NCBI GenBank assembly: GCA_963665615.2 | Contig: CAXXQE010000006.1 | Span: forward strand, 62,001-126,000 | Length of the DNA stretch: 64,000 nt | DNA from: Syntrophales bacterium | GTDB lineage: Bacteria > Desulfobacterota > Syntrophia > Syntrophales > UBA4778 | Direction: 5' to 3' | Shown: positions 30,297-40,604 of the stretch, one piece after another | Layout: each line of letters opens with the position of its first letter | Position numbering within the stretch: the first letter of the stretch is position 1 | Program-made: the position numbers and the translations under genes | The notes under the pieces: generated by a model | Databases searched by the model: none | Seen by the model: only the letters and a program-made list of their open reading frames with translations | Told to the model about the DNA's origin: nothing

Positions 30297-31327
30297 GACA
30301 GTTGACCTTCCTCCCGGCAGTGCGAGGGAATCGACGCCCGGCAACGGATCGCCAGCGCATGTAATCGTGGCAGGTTCCCTGCGCGTTCAGTTGCATCGAT
30401 CAGATTCTCAAGACCGGACGGGATGTGTCCCAGAAAAGCACGCCGCCCCGCCGTGAGACCCAAATAACCGTAAGCGCCCAGGGCCTGCATCAGCCGCTGG
30501 GCCGACGCCAGGCGGAAGGCTGCCTCCGTTGCGTCTTCACTGAGCCGGACATCTGCCTTCTCCCGATAGAACGACAGGAGCGCCATCCGTTCATCCTCTG
30601 TCAGCGACACATAAGGATCGTAGAGAAGCGATCCCAGATCATAGAGGGGGTTGCCGAAACGCGTTCCCTGAAAATCGACGAGCCCAACGCCGCCGAATGA
30701 GATGATGATGTTCTGAGATTGGAAGTCGCGATGCACCAGTCGAAGCCCTGACGACATTCCCATCATAGCGCGGGTCAATGCGTCGAGTTCCGACATGAGC
30801 GCATCGGCCTCTTCCGCCGACAGGCGGATTCCACAAACACCTTTCACGAATTGTTCCAGAAAATAATCGTGCTCCCACCGGTAGAGGGCTGCATCGAACT
30901 CCGGCATAAGTCGTACTGCCTCAATCTGAACGGCCGCCGGTTCACAGGCGTGCAGCCTCAAGATCTGAGAGAGCACAGCCTCATAGACTTCGCGGCGGTG
31001 AGGCCACGGCGTCGAGCGCAAGGACCACAGATCGCACTCCCCGAGATCCTCCATGAGGATAAAGTGATTTTCGACATCATGATTGAAGATGCGAGGCACA
31101 CGAAGACCGCGCTGACTCATAAAATCCGCGATGTCTGCATAATAGTTGTTTTCCTCGCGGGCCGGGTTGTACCACATGAAGATGCAGCTCATCCCGTTGT
31201 CCCACTGCACCCGATGGAAAGTGCGCTCCGATCCGCCCTTCAGTATCGGTTGAATCTGTGGCGGCGCAACGTCTCCGGTGTTCAGCGTCTGCCCGACAAA
31301 TTCCAGGATCTGTTTTTCGTCTCTCAT
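30293..31327 (-). CDS. amgK: APH-family sugar kinase, AmgK-like (anomeric MurNAc/GlcNAc kinase)
   Basis: GGSERTFHR, MEDLG, LVHRDFQSQNI, VDFQG, YDLGSLLYDPY, QRLMQALGAYG. Adjacent to a MurU-like gene. Confidence 0.75.
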   Translation of the reverse strand: MRDEKQILEFVGQTLNTGDVAPPQIQPILKGGSERTFHRVQWDNGMSCIFMWYNPAREENNYYADIADFMSQRGLRVPRIFNHDVENHFILMEDLGECDLWSLRSTPWPHRREVYEAVLSQILRLHACEPAAVQIEAVRLMPEFDAALYRWEHDYFLEQFVKGVCGIRLSAEEADALMSELDALTRAMMGMSSGLRLVHRDFQSQNIIISFGGVGLVDFQGTRFGNPLYDLGSLLYDPYVSLTEDERMALLSFYREKADVRLSEDATEAAFRLASAQRLMQALGAYGYLGLTAGRRAFLGHIPSGLENLIDATERAGNLPRLHALAIRCRASIPSHCREEGQLS

Positions 31328-31470
31328 AGTCCTTTTATCTCTTCGATAAAAATGCACACAGCATTTTTACGCTCAGCTTTTTAGCTTCCAGATTTCTCAA
31401 CTTCTATCTTTTCTACCCGTCACGCACCGTTGCGGCATCAGCCGCGTTTTACCGTTCACTGTCAACTGTT

Positions 31471-31675
31471 GATGGTCTCGGAAAAAGTCAAATCATGCGT
31501 CGATCATAAAACAAGAGGATGGCGGGATGGGTCTCGAACGCGAATCAAAGATTTTTCCGACCCGACGGGATGGCAATCCGGCGCCGAACATGACGGAAAA
31601 AGATTTCTGAGAGGCAGAGATCCGTGTCGCCATCCTCTTCTCATGCTTCAAGTCGTGACTTTTTACGAGGCCGTC
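31471..31675. mobile_element. 205-bp MITE-like element with 20-bp terminal inverted repeats and ACTGTT target duplication
   Basis: Left end GATGGTCTCGGAAAAAGTCA; right end reverse complement GACGGCCTCGTAAAAAGTCA. ACTGTT at 31465-31470 and 31676-31681. Inner inverted repeat AAGAGGATGGCG/CGCCATCCTCTT. Confidence 0.8.
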
Positions 31676-32394
31676 ACTGTTGACTGTTTACCAGCGGCTG
31701 CAATGCGCTCGTATTCTTCAATAGAGCCGATGTCATGCCAAGACCCCTCATCAAGCATCACGTACGCGACCGATCCTGCCTCTTCCTGAAGCATCCGGAC
31801 AAAGACTGGTATCACTGATTCGATGCGCCCCGCCTCCAGCCGCCTCAGGAAACGTCGCTCGACAATATAGATGCCGGTAAAGAGAGTCTGGCGCACCCCG
31901 CTGAAACCAGTCAGCCCGCGCATGTCGCAGATTCGCCCCTGATTGTCCAGCGTGATGTTGCGCAGGGGCCCTTCCGAACGCAGAGCCAGCGTCACCTCTT
32001 TCCCCGAGGCAAAATGAACCGCCATTAGCCGATTCAGATCGATATCGGTCAGGATATCCCCGTTATAAATGAGCAAAGGCGCATCGTCCAGCAGATCTTC
32101 AATATTCTTGAGGCCGCCCGCCGTGTCGAGCAGGACCGGCTCATGGCGAAAGATGATGGGGCAGCCCTGCCACTGCTTGTCGGGAAAGACACGGTCATAG
32201 GCCTCGGCGCAATGATGCGTGTTGACAATGAATCGCTCGACGCCGACGGCGTGCAGATGCGCCATCGCGTGGGTAATCATCGGCCTGCCGCCTACAGGCA
32301 GCAAGGGTTTTGGGCACTGCGCCGTTAGCGGGCGCAACCGTAACCCCAGCCCCGCTGCCAGGATAAAGGCCGTCCTGATCTTCGCCTCACTCAT
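31663..32394 (-). CDS. murU: Nucleotidyltransferase, MurU-like (MurNAc-alpha-1-P uridylyltransferase)
   Basis: [42 protein letters not shown]. Context with AmgK-like and AmpG-like genes. Confidence 0.72.
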   Translation of the reverse strand: MSEAKIRTAFILAAGLGLRLRPLTAQCPKPLLPVGGRPMITHAMAHLHAVGVERFIVNTHHCAEAYDRVFPDKQWQGCPIIFRHEPVLLDTAGGLKNIEDLLDDAPLLIYNGDILTDIDLNRLMAVHFASGKEVTLALRSEGPLRNITLDNQGRICDMRGLTGFSGVRQTLFTGIYIVERRFLRRLEAGRIESVIPVFVRMLQEEAGSVAYVMLDEGSWHDIGSIEEYERIAAAGKQSTVTAS

Positions 32395-33706
32395 GATCCG
32401 GTCTCCTGCCAAAGTCCTTGTCGATACGAACCAGCGCCGGAACGATCAGGCCGGGAATCGTTGCTGTGATGATCCAGAGAAAGAAGTGCCGATAACCCAG
32501 CATCTCCTGGAGCCGACCACTCAGCATCCCCGGAATCATCATGCCCAGGGCCATGATCCCCGTCGCGATGGCATAATGGGCCGTCTTGTAAGGGCCGTCC
32601 GAGATCATGATGACGAAGAGCGAATAGGCCGTAAATCCAAATCCGTAGCCGAATTGCTCCAGCGCCACGCACAGGGCGATCCCGTATAGATTCTGCGGCA
32701 TCGCCCACGAGAGATAAAGAAAGAGGAGATCCGGCAGGTGCATGATCCCCACCATGATCCAGAGCCAAAATTTGAGTCCCTTGCGGGAGATCACATAGCC
32801 GCCCAGAAGGCCCCCTGTCATGGAGAGCGCAACGCCGATCGTCCCATAGATCACCCCGACCTGCTCCGTTGTAAGCGCCAGACCGCCCGCGCTGCGGGGG
32901 TCGAGCAGAAAAGGGGCGACCATCTTCAGAAGTTGCGCCTCCGCAAAACGGTAAAAGAACAGAAAGGCCAGGATGGCCAGGATGCCCTTTTTCAGAAAGA
33001 AGGTCCGAAAGGGTTCCAAAAAACCCGCAATCCCCTGCCCTGACTCTTTTCGGAAAACCGGCGCATCCATTGCGGGACGCGGAAGAACCAGTGCGTGATA
33101 AATTCCCATCGCAAGCACCAGCGCGGCAAGCATGAGAAAGGTTACAGACCAGCCGGCGGCAATGCTCCCGAAGCGCCTTTCGAGCAACCCCGCAAGCACG
33201 ACAAGCCCGCCCTGCGCGGTGATACTCGCCAGACGGTAGAAGATTGTCCGGACACCGATAAAGGCGGACTGCTGGTATTGCGGCATCCCGAGCATGTAAA
33301 AGCCGTCGGCCGCGATGTCGTGCGTGGCGGAGCTGAAAGCCAGAAGCCAGAAAAAGACAAGACCGTAACGGAAGGGATCCGGGCCGGGAAGCATGAGGCC
33401 CACACAGGCCAGTGCAGCCCCCATAAAAATCTGCGTCAAAACGATCCAGAAGCGCTTTGTTTTGAGGATTTCAACCAGGGGACTCCAGAGCGGCTTGATA
33501 ATCCAGGGAAGATACAACCAACTCGTGTATAGGGCGATATCGGCGTTAGAGAGCCCCAACCGCTTGAACAAAACGACCGATACGGTATTCGCGAGCACAT
33601 AGGGCATGCCTTCCGTAAAAAAGAGCGACGGCACCCACCACCACGGCGACCGATTGTACCCGATAACCGCACGGCCGCCCTTTTTTTCTGCTGTATCCGT
33701 CCCCAT
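32387..33706 (-). CDS. ampG: AmpG-like MFS muropeptide transporter
   Basis: [42 protein letters not shown], about 12 TM helices. Confidence 0.8.
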   Translation of the reverse strand: MGTDTAEKKGGRAVIGYNRSPWWWVPSLFFTEGMPYVLANTVSVVLFKRLGLSNADIALYTSWLYLPWIIKPLWSPLVEILKTKRFWIVLTQIFMGAALACVGLMLPGPDPFRYGLVFFWLLAFSSATHDIAADGFYMLGMPQYQQSAFIGVRTIFYRLASITAQGGLVVLAGLLERRFGSIAAGWSVTFLMLAALVLAMGIYHALVLPRPAMDAPVFRKESGQGIAGFLEPFRTFFLKKGILAILAFLFFYRFAEAQLLKMVAPFLLDPRSAGGLALTTEQVGVIYGTIGVALSMTGGLLGGYVISRKGLKFWLWIMVGIMHLPDLLFLYLSWAMPQNLYGIALCVALEQFGYGFGFTAYSLFVIMISDGPYKTAHYAIATGIMALGMMIPGMLSGRLQEMLGYRHFFLWIITATIPGLIVPALVRIDKDFGRRPDHE

Positions 33707-33714
33707 CGCTTCAC

Positions 33715-35040
33715 TCAATAATGCTTCTCGATCGTCGTCCCCGGGAAATAGTGTCGCAGGATCTCTTCTGCCGTATAACCCTTCAAAGCCATCACCGCTG
33801 CGCCGATCTGGCACAACCCGACGCCGTGTCCCCACCCCGCGCCCCGAAAGGTAAATCCCTTTGGAAGATCGTCCGCGCCACGTTCCACCTCGACAACAAA
33901 GGCGCTGCTCGGCAGGTGCGATCGGGAGAGCCATCGGCGAATCTCAAGTTCCTTGCCGATCGTCATCGTTCGTTTGGTCCCGTGAACCGTCAGGTAAATT
34001 ATCCGTCCGGACGGGCCGCGCCGTTCGGGCTCAAGGGTCAAAAGTGAACCGAAATCCAAGCCGGATTTCTCTCGCACGATCTCTTCGAGTTCTTCACGGC
34101 GGTATCTGAACTGCCAGCGGAAGAAATCTGTTCCCTGATCGAAGTCGGGGAGAATGTCTTGAAGAACCGAACGATCGGCAATATTGCAGAAAGCGTGTGG
34201 TCTGGCCGCAATCCAGGCTGCGGCGGCGTCCTCCGATCGGATCGATGCAAAGGACGCCGGCGCATCGGAAAGGCTCACCAGATAGGGAACGGATTGATCC
34301 GCCCACACATTCTCATAGGGTTCCGTCAATCCACCGCAGGCCTTGTAGAAGCGCGCATCGCAGACCTTGCCCTCGTGCATTAGAAAGCGGCCGTTCGTCT
34401 CCGCTACTGCGCGTCGTGCATTGTCGGAAATCACCTTCGTGATGCCGTGATAGCGCTGGCAGTGATCGTCGGCGCAGACATCATACAGGTCATGATCCTC
34501 ACGCTCATACCACCGCACAATCCGGTCTTCCGAGACGAACCCGTTCCGGCCCGGCTCAGAAGCCCGGCCGGCTTGTCTTTCCAGCATGGCGGCCAGCCAG
34601 CTTCGCGAGGCGATCGCGTGTGCCTTGAGAAACGCCACGGGCGCACCGGCCCGCATCTCAGAGGACACCACGCTCACCAGGTAGGCCTCCAGTGGAATCT
34701 CACCGATAACCGCCATCGTTCCGTCGTCCCGCCGCTCCAAACGAAGATTCCCCTTGAAGGTCTGCCTTTCCTTGCGTTCCCAGTGGAATTTAATACCGAT
34801 CGAGACGTCGTCGATAGAAAATGTTGAATCCGCCTCCGAAACAAATCCAAGGGATTTTGACGCGACAGGGATCTCTTCACACTTATCCGGATAAAGAACA
34901 AAACCGCCATCCACGGTGCAAACCCTGCAAGCGCCCTGTAATAAATGCCCGAAAGGGGTCACCCTGAAAGGCGCCCCAAACAGGAGGCCGACCTCTTGAG
35001 TCTGATCGATGATTCCAACACTGATGATGGGCTCTTCCAT
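33715..35040 (-). CDS. SpoIID/LytB domain protein (lytic transglycosylase family)
   Basis: LEAYLVSVVSSEM, LKAHAIASRS, CADDHCQRY.G, GWGHGVGLCQIGA, ILRHYFPG. Start placed at ATG 35040. Confidence 0.88.
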   Translation of the reverse strand: MEEPIISVGIIDQTQEVGLLFGAPFRVTPFGHLLQGACRVCTVDGGFVLYPDKCEEIPVASKSLGFVSEADSTFSIDDVSIGIKFHWERKERQTFKGNLRLERRDDGTMAVIGEIPLEAYLVSVVSSEMRAGAPVAFLKAHAIASRSWLAAMLERQAGRASEPGRNGFVSEDRIVRWYEREDHDLYDVCADDHCQRYHGITKVISDNARRAVAETNGRFLMHEGKVCDARFYKACGGLTEPYENVWADQSVPYLVSLSDAPASFASIRSEDAAAAWIAARPHAFCNIADRSVLQDILPDFDQGTDFFRWQFRYRREELEEIVREKSGLDFGSLLTLEPERRGPSGRIIYLTVHGTKRTMTIGKELEIRRWLSRSHLPSSAFVVEVERGADDLPKGFTFRGAGWGHGVGLCQIGAAVMALKGYTAEEILRHYFPGTTIEKHY

Positions 35041-35088
35041 CCCGCACACTTTTCCAGGAAACATGGCCCGGCCCTTGGAGAACCGGTG

Positions 35089-35184
35089 GCTCCGGAGAGT
35101 CTCCGGTGCCCAAGAAAAAGGAAGACGTTCGTTTCCTATTCGTTCGCTTACCACGAAGGCAGGCCTCTGGGGCTGCGCTCGCTG
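35089..35184 (-). repeat. REP-like dispersed repeat, diverged copy at the island boundary
   Basis: Minus strand CAGCGAGCGCAGCCCC..GGTAAGCGAACGAAT..ACGTCTTCCTT..CCGGAGACTCTCCGG matches the blocks of copy 1 in order. Confidence 0.7.
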
Positions 35185-35303
35185 ACGGATTGCATAGTCT
35201 TTTACAGGGGATATTTCAATCTTTGATACCTTGTGAGAGAACATCTCACGAGTTGAATGGCCGGTGATCTTCCTTATAACCGATCCCGACCTCCAAAGCA
35301 ATT

Positions 35304-38300
35304 TTATATAGCTTGATGTTGAACCTTTATCCCCAACTTCTTCATGTGGTGAATCAGTGTCGTCCTCTTCATTCCTAGTAGTTCAGCTGCCCCACCTTTT
35401 CCGCCTACGACGCCACTGCATTTTCTTAGGGCTTCAAAGATCAGCTTCCTTTCAAAGTCCTTGTAATTCAAAGATCCATCGGCAGAATCCCAGGGTTCTT
35501 TCGTCCGACTCGACGCTGTCAAATCGGCAAACCGGTGTTTGGCATCGGAGATCACTGCTCGTTCAATGACATTGGAGAGCTCACGAATATTTCCCGGCCA
35601 GGAATATGCCTTGAGTTGCTCCATTTCCGATACCTTTATCCCGGAACAGGGTTTGTTGCTTTGCGAACTGAAGAGTCTGAAAAAATGGGCAGCCAGCAGG
35701 GGGATGTCTTCCCGCCGTTCTCTTAGAGGCGGCACAACTATTGGATAGACGTTCAATCGATAAAAGAGATCCTCTCTGAAACGACCAGCTGCAACCTCTT
35801 TTTTTAGGTCTTTATTGGTCGCTGTAATCAAGCGAAAATCGGAATTTAATATTTTCGTGCCGCCCACGCGCTGGAATTCCTTTTCCTGAAGCACCCGCAG
35901 CAACCGACTTTGAGTTGGCAGGGGAAGTTCCGATACCTCATCGAGAAAAATGGTGCCTTGGTGGGCAAGTTCGAAACGACCCGCTTTGGCCTTGACGGCA
36001 CCCGTAAATGCACCTTTCTCATGGCCGAAAAGCTCGCTGTCGATCAGACTATCGGGAAGGGCAGCGCAATTGACCCGAATGAACGCCTGGTTTTTTCTGG
36101 GGCTCTCGCGATGGATGGCCCTGGCAATCAATTCCTTGCCGACGCCCGTTTCTCCTTGTATGAGAGCCGCGGATCGTGTCGGTGCAACCTTCCGAACCAG
36201 CCTCTGCACATCCTTGATGCCCTGGCTGGAACCGATGATTTCTTTGAAAGGACGAAATTCTTCCTTCTCGTCGATGTAATAGAGATTCTCCTCAATGAGC
36301 CTTCTATTGAGTTTTGCAATTTCATCGTATGCTCGCGCACGATCTATTGCCAAGGCAACCTGCGACGCGAGGGCTGACAAAATATTGTTTCTCTCCGGGG
36401 TTGAATCCAGCGAAAATAAACGGCCGTCTTGATAATACACGCCCACGATCCTGTCCTTGAGCATCAGTGGGACAAAAATGGCCTTCCGTGTATCGATCAA
36501 TTCCGAGTCGCTGAACTCAAATTCAGAGATGCAGCTGTTTCCGTTTCTGAACATCGCTTGAATGGTATCGAAGCTCGTTCGGAACTCCTCATCCATCACG
36601 TTTTCATAAAAGAGATTCCGTGACGCGACCATCTTTATATCCTCTGACTCTGAATCCTTGATGAAAATCGCGGAACGCTCCGACCCCGTCATTTGAGAGA
36701 GCGATGCTATGATGTTGGTCAGAAGACCTTTCAGATTGTCCTGAGTAACCAGTGCATTACCCATTGCGACAACTAAATCCGACAAACTGCCTCCAGTGGC
36801 CAGATCGTCGGGCGCAAGTAAATAAAGCAAATCCTCCGGAAAGGCTTCTCTGGCAATAGGCTTGATGAATTTCCATGCTGCGCTCGCATATCCTTTTGCC
36901 AGGTCTTCTCGTCTGATCTCCAGATAGAACCTTGCGATTTCCATACGGATTTTAGCTATCTCGAAGGTCTCGCCGTTTTGATCAATTTTTTCTTCAAGAA
37001 CCTTCAGTTTCGAAATTTTTTTCAGCTGGATCGCCTTCCTGTAATATGATCTTCAGGCGCCGAATCATTTGAGAAACCACGGGAGCAATCACATCTAAGG
37101 GAGTGTCTTCCAGAAGTATCCCCCAGTCAGCCGCTAACACGTCTTTCCCGAACAGGCGATAGAACGTTTCGAACAGCGCATAATAATGAAGAAGATAATA
37201 CCAGGACGATTTCGGCACATGGCGGATTGAGCTATAAATCTCAGAGGCCACCTCGCGTTCGCCTTCGAGGCACGCTACGCAGATAAGACCCACTTTAGCA
37301 ATAAATTCTACCGAAGAAATATCTTCGTTTTGCGCAATTACCAGCGATTTTTCAAAATAGATCTTACCTCTTTTTACTTGCCCTATTTCAAGAAAATTGG
37401 CACCTGCCATGGCATAAGACAGAGCCAGCAACGGCTGGTTTTCTTTTTTCACACATTGTTTCCTGATAGATTCACAGATTCCAAGCCCTCTTTGAGGCAT
37501 TCCTGCATCTGTGTAAATAAAAGACAAAACCATCCCATTAAATAGAGAAAAATCTTCATCAAAGGATTCAATATTGCCAATCAGGCGTTCATACTGCTCA
37601 ATAGCTTTAAAATGTTGCCCTTTGCCGACGTAGCTCAAAATTTTAAGCTTGAGGCTCATTTTTAAGAGATCTGCATCATTGAGATCCTCAACAACCTCCC
37701 ATGCCCGTCTCCAATGCGACAGGGCTCGCTTAATATCAAGCGCTACCCAATAGTGTTGACCGAGAAGCAGATCAAGGGATGCTTGCATTTTTTGATTACG
37801 CAAAGATTCTGCCATGTTGATGGCATAAGAGAGGTATGTAATCATTTTACGCATTCTGGGTTTAAATAGGGATAGACGGGCTCGCTTTTCGACCACATGG
37901 ATAAAGGTATACTGGAGGTTTTCCGGCAGCGGCTTTGATTCATGCATATTGAAGAGAGTATCCAGCAACGTATCGTAATCGGCAAGAGCGGCCGATATTT
38001 TGCGGCTTTTATCTTCTTCAACAGCCCTGTCTAACAGAGCCAATATCTTTTCCCGTTCAGGGTAAATTGACGCTGATTTTTCATTATTTTTCTCCACCTG
38101 GCACGTCTCGAACTGGTCAGGTGTTTGGGAGAATCCTGTCGAAGTTTGCGATTGGTCGATCCATTTCATAAAATCCGGTTTAGGAAATTCGGGCGTCCAT
38201 AGATAGAGGTCGCTTTTGCCTTCATGACTTATCCATCCATACGTATGGAGTTTCAGAACAATCCCAGTCAGTAATGAAGCAGGCATATCTTGGAACCAAT

Positions 38301-38391
38301 CAACAGAAAATCCATCTCCACATAAAATCAGTTTTTTCAGAGCCGTTTGTTGTTCTTTATCAAGAACTGCAATGAAATTATATAGTTCCAT
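35304..38391 (-). pseudogene. Large sigma-54-dependent transcriptional activator (TPR-like, GAF, AAA+, HTH) split by a 1-nt frameshift
   Basis: ORFs 36994..38391 and 35304..36944 join into one 1028-aa frame if one A is removed from the A7 run at 37016-37022 (...PAEKISKLKVLEEKIDQNGETFEIAKIRMEIAR...). The C-terminal part has GETGVGKE, GAFTGA, FREDLFYRL and WPGNIREL. Confidence 0.8.
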
Positions 38392-38536
38392 TAGTTAGCG
38401 CTCCTCCGATCTCCGGCAATCATCAATGGGACGATATACTAACAGATGTTAACATATCGACTCAAGCGATATTTTCATTCTATCAAAAAATATTAACTTC
38501 ATAATAATATAAAGATGTTATGAATTAATTAACGTC

Positions 38537-38552
38537 TGGCCGGAAATTTGCA
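38537..38552 (+). promoter_or_regulatory. Sigma-54 -24/-12 promoter
   Basis: TGGCCGGAAATTTGCA matches TGGCAC-N5-TTGC with exact spacing. It lies 130 bp upstream of the MaoC gene and is divergent from a sigma-54 activator. Confidence 0.75.
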
Positions 38553-38681
38553 AAGCCTATCAGAACATACTCCAAACCGGATCGCATGGGGAATCTTATC
38601 CTGGTGGCACCAGGCATCAGGCAAAACCTTGAGAATCCGGACTACAAGACAGAAAAACAGAGAAGAGGCGGGGCATATTGC

Positions 38682-39155
38682 ATGACCACGAAATCCCTTA
38701 TCACTGATGAGATGCGCGCCTGGATTGGCAAGCCGCTCAAATCGGGTATCACCTTTGAGGTCGAAAAAAGCGCTATCAGAAATATGGCTGAGGCGATGAA
38801 TTATCTCAATCCCCTCTACGTTGATGAAGCGTATGCGAAGAGTAAAGGCCACCCCAGCGTTCTGGCGCCTCCTATGTTCTTGACGGTCGGATTGAACCTG
38901 AGTTCAGCCTTGCATGCGCTGACATTTGAGTTCGAAGTTGCCGCCATGTTGCATGGCATTGACGACTGGGAATTCATCAAAGACGTTCACGCCGGGGACA
39001 GCATTACGCCGAACGGCAAACTTGACAGTCTCGTTGAGAAGAACTCCCCGAGGGGAAGGATGCTCCTCGCAATAATCAAAGTTATCTTCACCAACCAGCA
39101 CAGCGATGTCGTGGGCGTCTATCGTCACACTGAGATTTATATCGCAAAATCATAA
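38682..39155 (+). CDS. MaoC-like dehydratase, N-terminal-type hot-dog subunit
   Basis: VEKSAIRNMAEAM..NPLYVDE.YA..GH..VLAPPMF, MLHG...WEF...VHAGD. ATG 38682 after a GAGG RBS. Confidence 0.8.
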   Translation: MTTKSLITDEMRAWIGKPLKSGITFEVEKSAIRNMAEAMNYLNPLYVDEAYAKSKGHPSVLAPPMFLTVGLNLSSALHALTFEFEVAAMLHGIDDWEFIKDVHAGDSITPNGKLDSLVEKNSPRGRMLLAIIKVIFTNQHSDVVGVYRHTEIYIAKS

Positions 39156-39170
39156 AAAGGGAGTATCGAG

Positions 39171-39611
39171 ATGAGCGCGTCTTTATACTATGAAGATATC
39201 GTTGCGGGACAGGATCTCCCGCTGCAAATACAGGAACCGGTAACAACAAGAAGCATTGTCATGTGGGCGGCTGCAGTCAGGGATTTCTTTGAAATTCATT
39301 ACGATAAAGATTTTGCTGTCGCCAGCGGCATGCCGGCCGTCCTATCCCACGGGCCATATAAATGTTGCCTGATGAGTCGGCTGATGCTGGAATGGATCGG
39401 CGAAACGGGACGACTGCACAAGCTTTTTTGCATGCATAAGGCCAGCAGTTTCCCCGGAGACACGCTGATCATCAAGGGCAAGGTGAAAAGCAAATACATC
39501 AAAGACGATCAGAACTATGTCGAATGCGAACTATGGGTCGAAGACCAGAACGGCAAAATAACTGCCCCTGGATCGGCTCTCGTGTCCCTGCCGTCTAAAA
39601 CGACAGCATAA
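39171..39611 (+). CDS. MaoC family (R)-hydratase/dehydratase, catalytic-type subunit
   Basis: YYEDIVAGQDLP, D...IHYD.DFA...G.P.V..HG hydratase-2 motif, FPGDTL. Confidence 0.82.
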   Translation: MSASLYYEDIVAGQDLPLQIQEPVTTRSIVMWAAAVRDFFEIHYDKDFAVASGMPAVLSHGPYKCCLMSRLMLEWIGETGRLHKLFCMHKASSFPGDTLIIKGKVKSKYIKDDQNYVECELWVEDQNGKITAPGSALVSLPSKTTA

Positions 39612-39636
39612 ATTACTCAGTATATGGAGGTAAATC

Positions 39637-40422
39637 ATGAGTGAAGTTCTTGTTGAGAAGAAAGATCATATCACGATTATTACAATCAATCGTCCCGAGG
39701 TGATGAACTGTCTGAGCCCTTTGACAAGCAAGGCTATGTCGCTGGCGTTCAACGACTTTGCCGATGACGACGATCAGTGGGTCTGTATTCTGACGGGCGC
39801 CGGCGATAAGTGCTTTTGCGCAGGCAACGATCTGAAGTATCAGGCCCAGCATGGCGGTCCGGCCGTCGTGAAGGGGTATGTGGGGGTTAAGGGCCTTTTC
39901 GGAGGCATTACGACGCGCAATGATCTGTTCAAGCCGGTCATCGCGGCGGTCAATGGGATGGCGCTAGGCGGTGGACTGGAGTTGGCCCTGGCGAGCGACA
40001 TCATCATTGCCGCTGATCATGTGGCCTTCGGTCTTCCCGAGCCGAGGGTCGGCCTGATCGCCGGCGCGGGCGGCGTGCATCGCCTTCCCCGTCACATCCC
40101 CTATCACCTGGCCATGGGCATGATGCTGACGGCAAAACGCATCTCCGCGGCCGAGGCGCTTCAGTATGGCTTGGTCAATGAAGTGGTCCCCTACGCGGAT
40201 CTGCTGCCGACGGCCCTGAAATGGGCGAATGAAATTACGAAGCTCTCGCCTCTGGCGGTGCGCGCCAGCAAGGAGGCGGCGATCTGCGGTCAGCGCATGC
40301 TGCTGGACGATGCGATCATTCACAAGTTCCCCGGCGAGTTGGCCATGCTCAACTCCGAAGATTATATCGAAGGGCCGAAGGCCTTCTCCGAGAAGCGGCC
40401 GCCGCAGTGGAAGGGGCGTTAA
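39637..40422 (+). CDS. Enoyl-CoA hydratase/isomerase (crotonase superfamily)
   Basis: ITINRPEVMN, FCAGNDL, KPVIAAVNGMALGGGLELAL, FGLPEPRVG, EGPKAFSEKR.P.WKGR. Confidence 0.93.
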   Translation: MSEVLVEKKDHITIITINRPEVMNCLSPLTSKAMSLAFNDFADDDDQWVCILTGAGDKCFCAGNDLKYQAQHGGPAVVKGYVGVKGLFGGITTRNDLFKPVIAAVNGMALGGGLELALASDIIIAADHVAFGLPEPRVGLIAGAGGVHRLPRHIPYHLAMGMMLTAKRISAAEALQYGLVNEVVPYADLLPTALKWANEITKLSPLAVRASKEAAICGQRMLLDDAIIHKFPGELAMLNSEDYIEGPKAFSEKRPPQWKGR

Positions 40423-40445
40423 TCAGGGCCGGTTGTTGACAAAGT

Positions 40446-40486
40446 AAAGGGCGGAGCGCAATTGGCAAATCAGCGTTCCGCCCTTT
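40446..40486. terminator. Hairpin between convergent genes (probable terminator)
   Basis: AAAGGGCGGAGCGC...GCGTTCCGCCCTTT stem. Confidence 0.65.
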
Positions 40487-40604
40487 GTTGTCGGCTATGG
40501 CTGATCTGCCACACTGAGAACCCTTTAGCCGGAGGATTTTATTGCCGGCAAATAAATTGATCAAAGTTCAACCTAGATGGGTCGTCCCGCGGGCGAGTAT
40601 TTTC

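Noticed and set aside
31471..31675. 6S RNA or another housekeeping ncRNA (long hairpin of about 200 nt)
   Set aside because: Terminal inverted repeats, a flanking target duplication and overlap with a stop codon fit a MITE better. A covariance-model search would be needed to exclude it formally.
35041..35301. 87-aa N-terminal extension of the SpoIID/LytB ORF
   Set aside because: The region contains a REP-like repeat copy and the translation looks non-protein-like. A downstream ATG (35040 or 35064) is more plausible.
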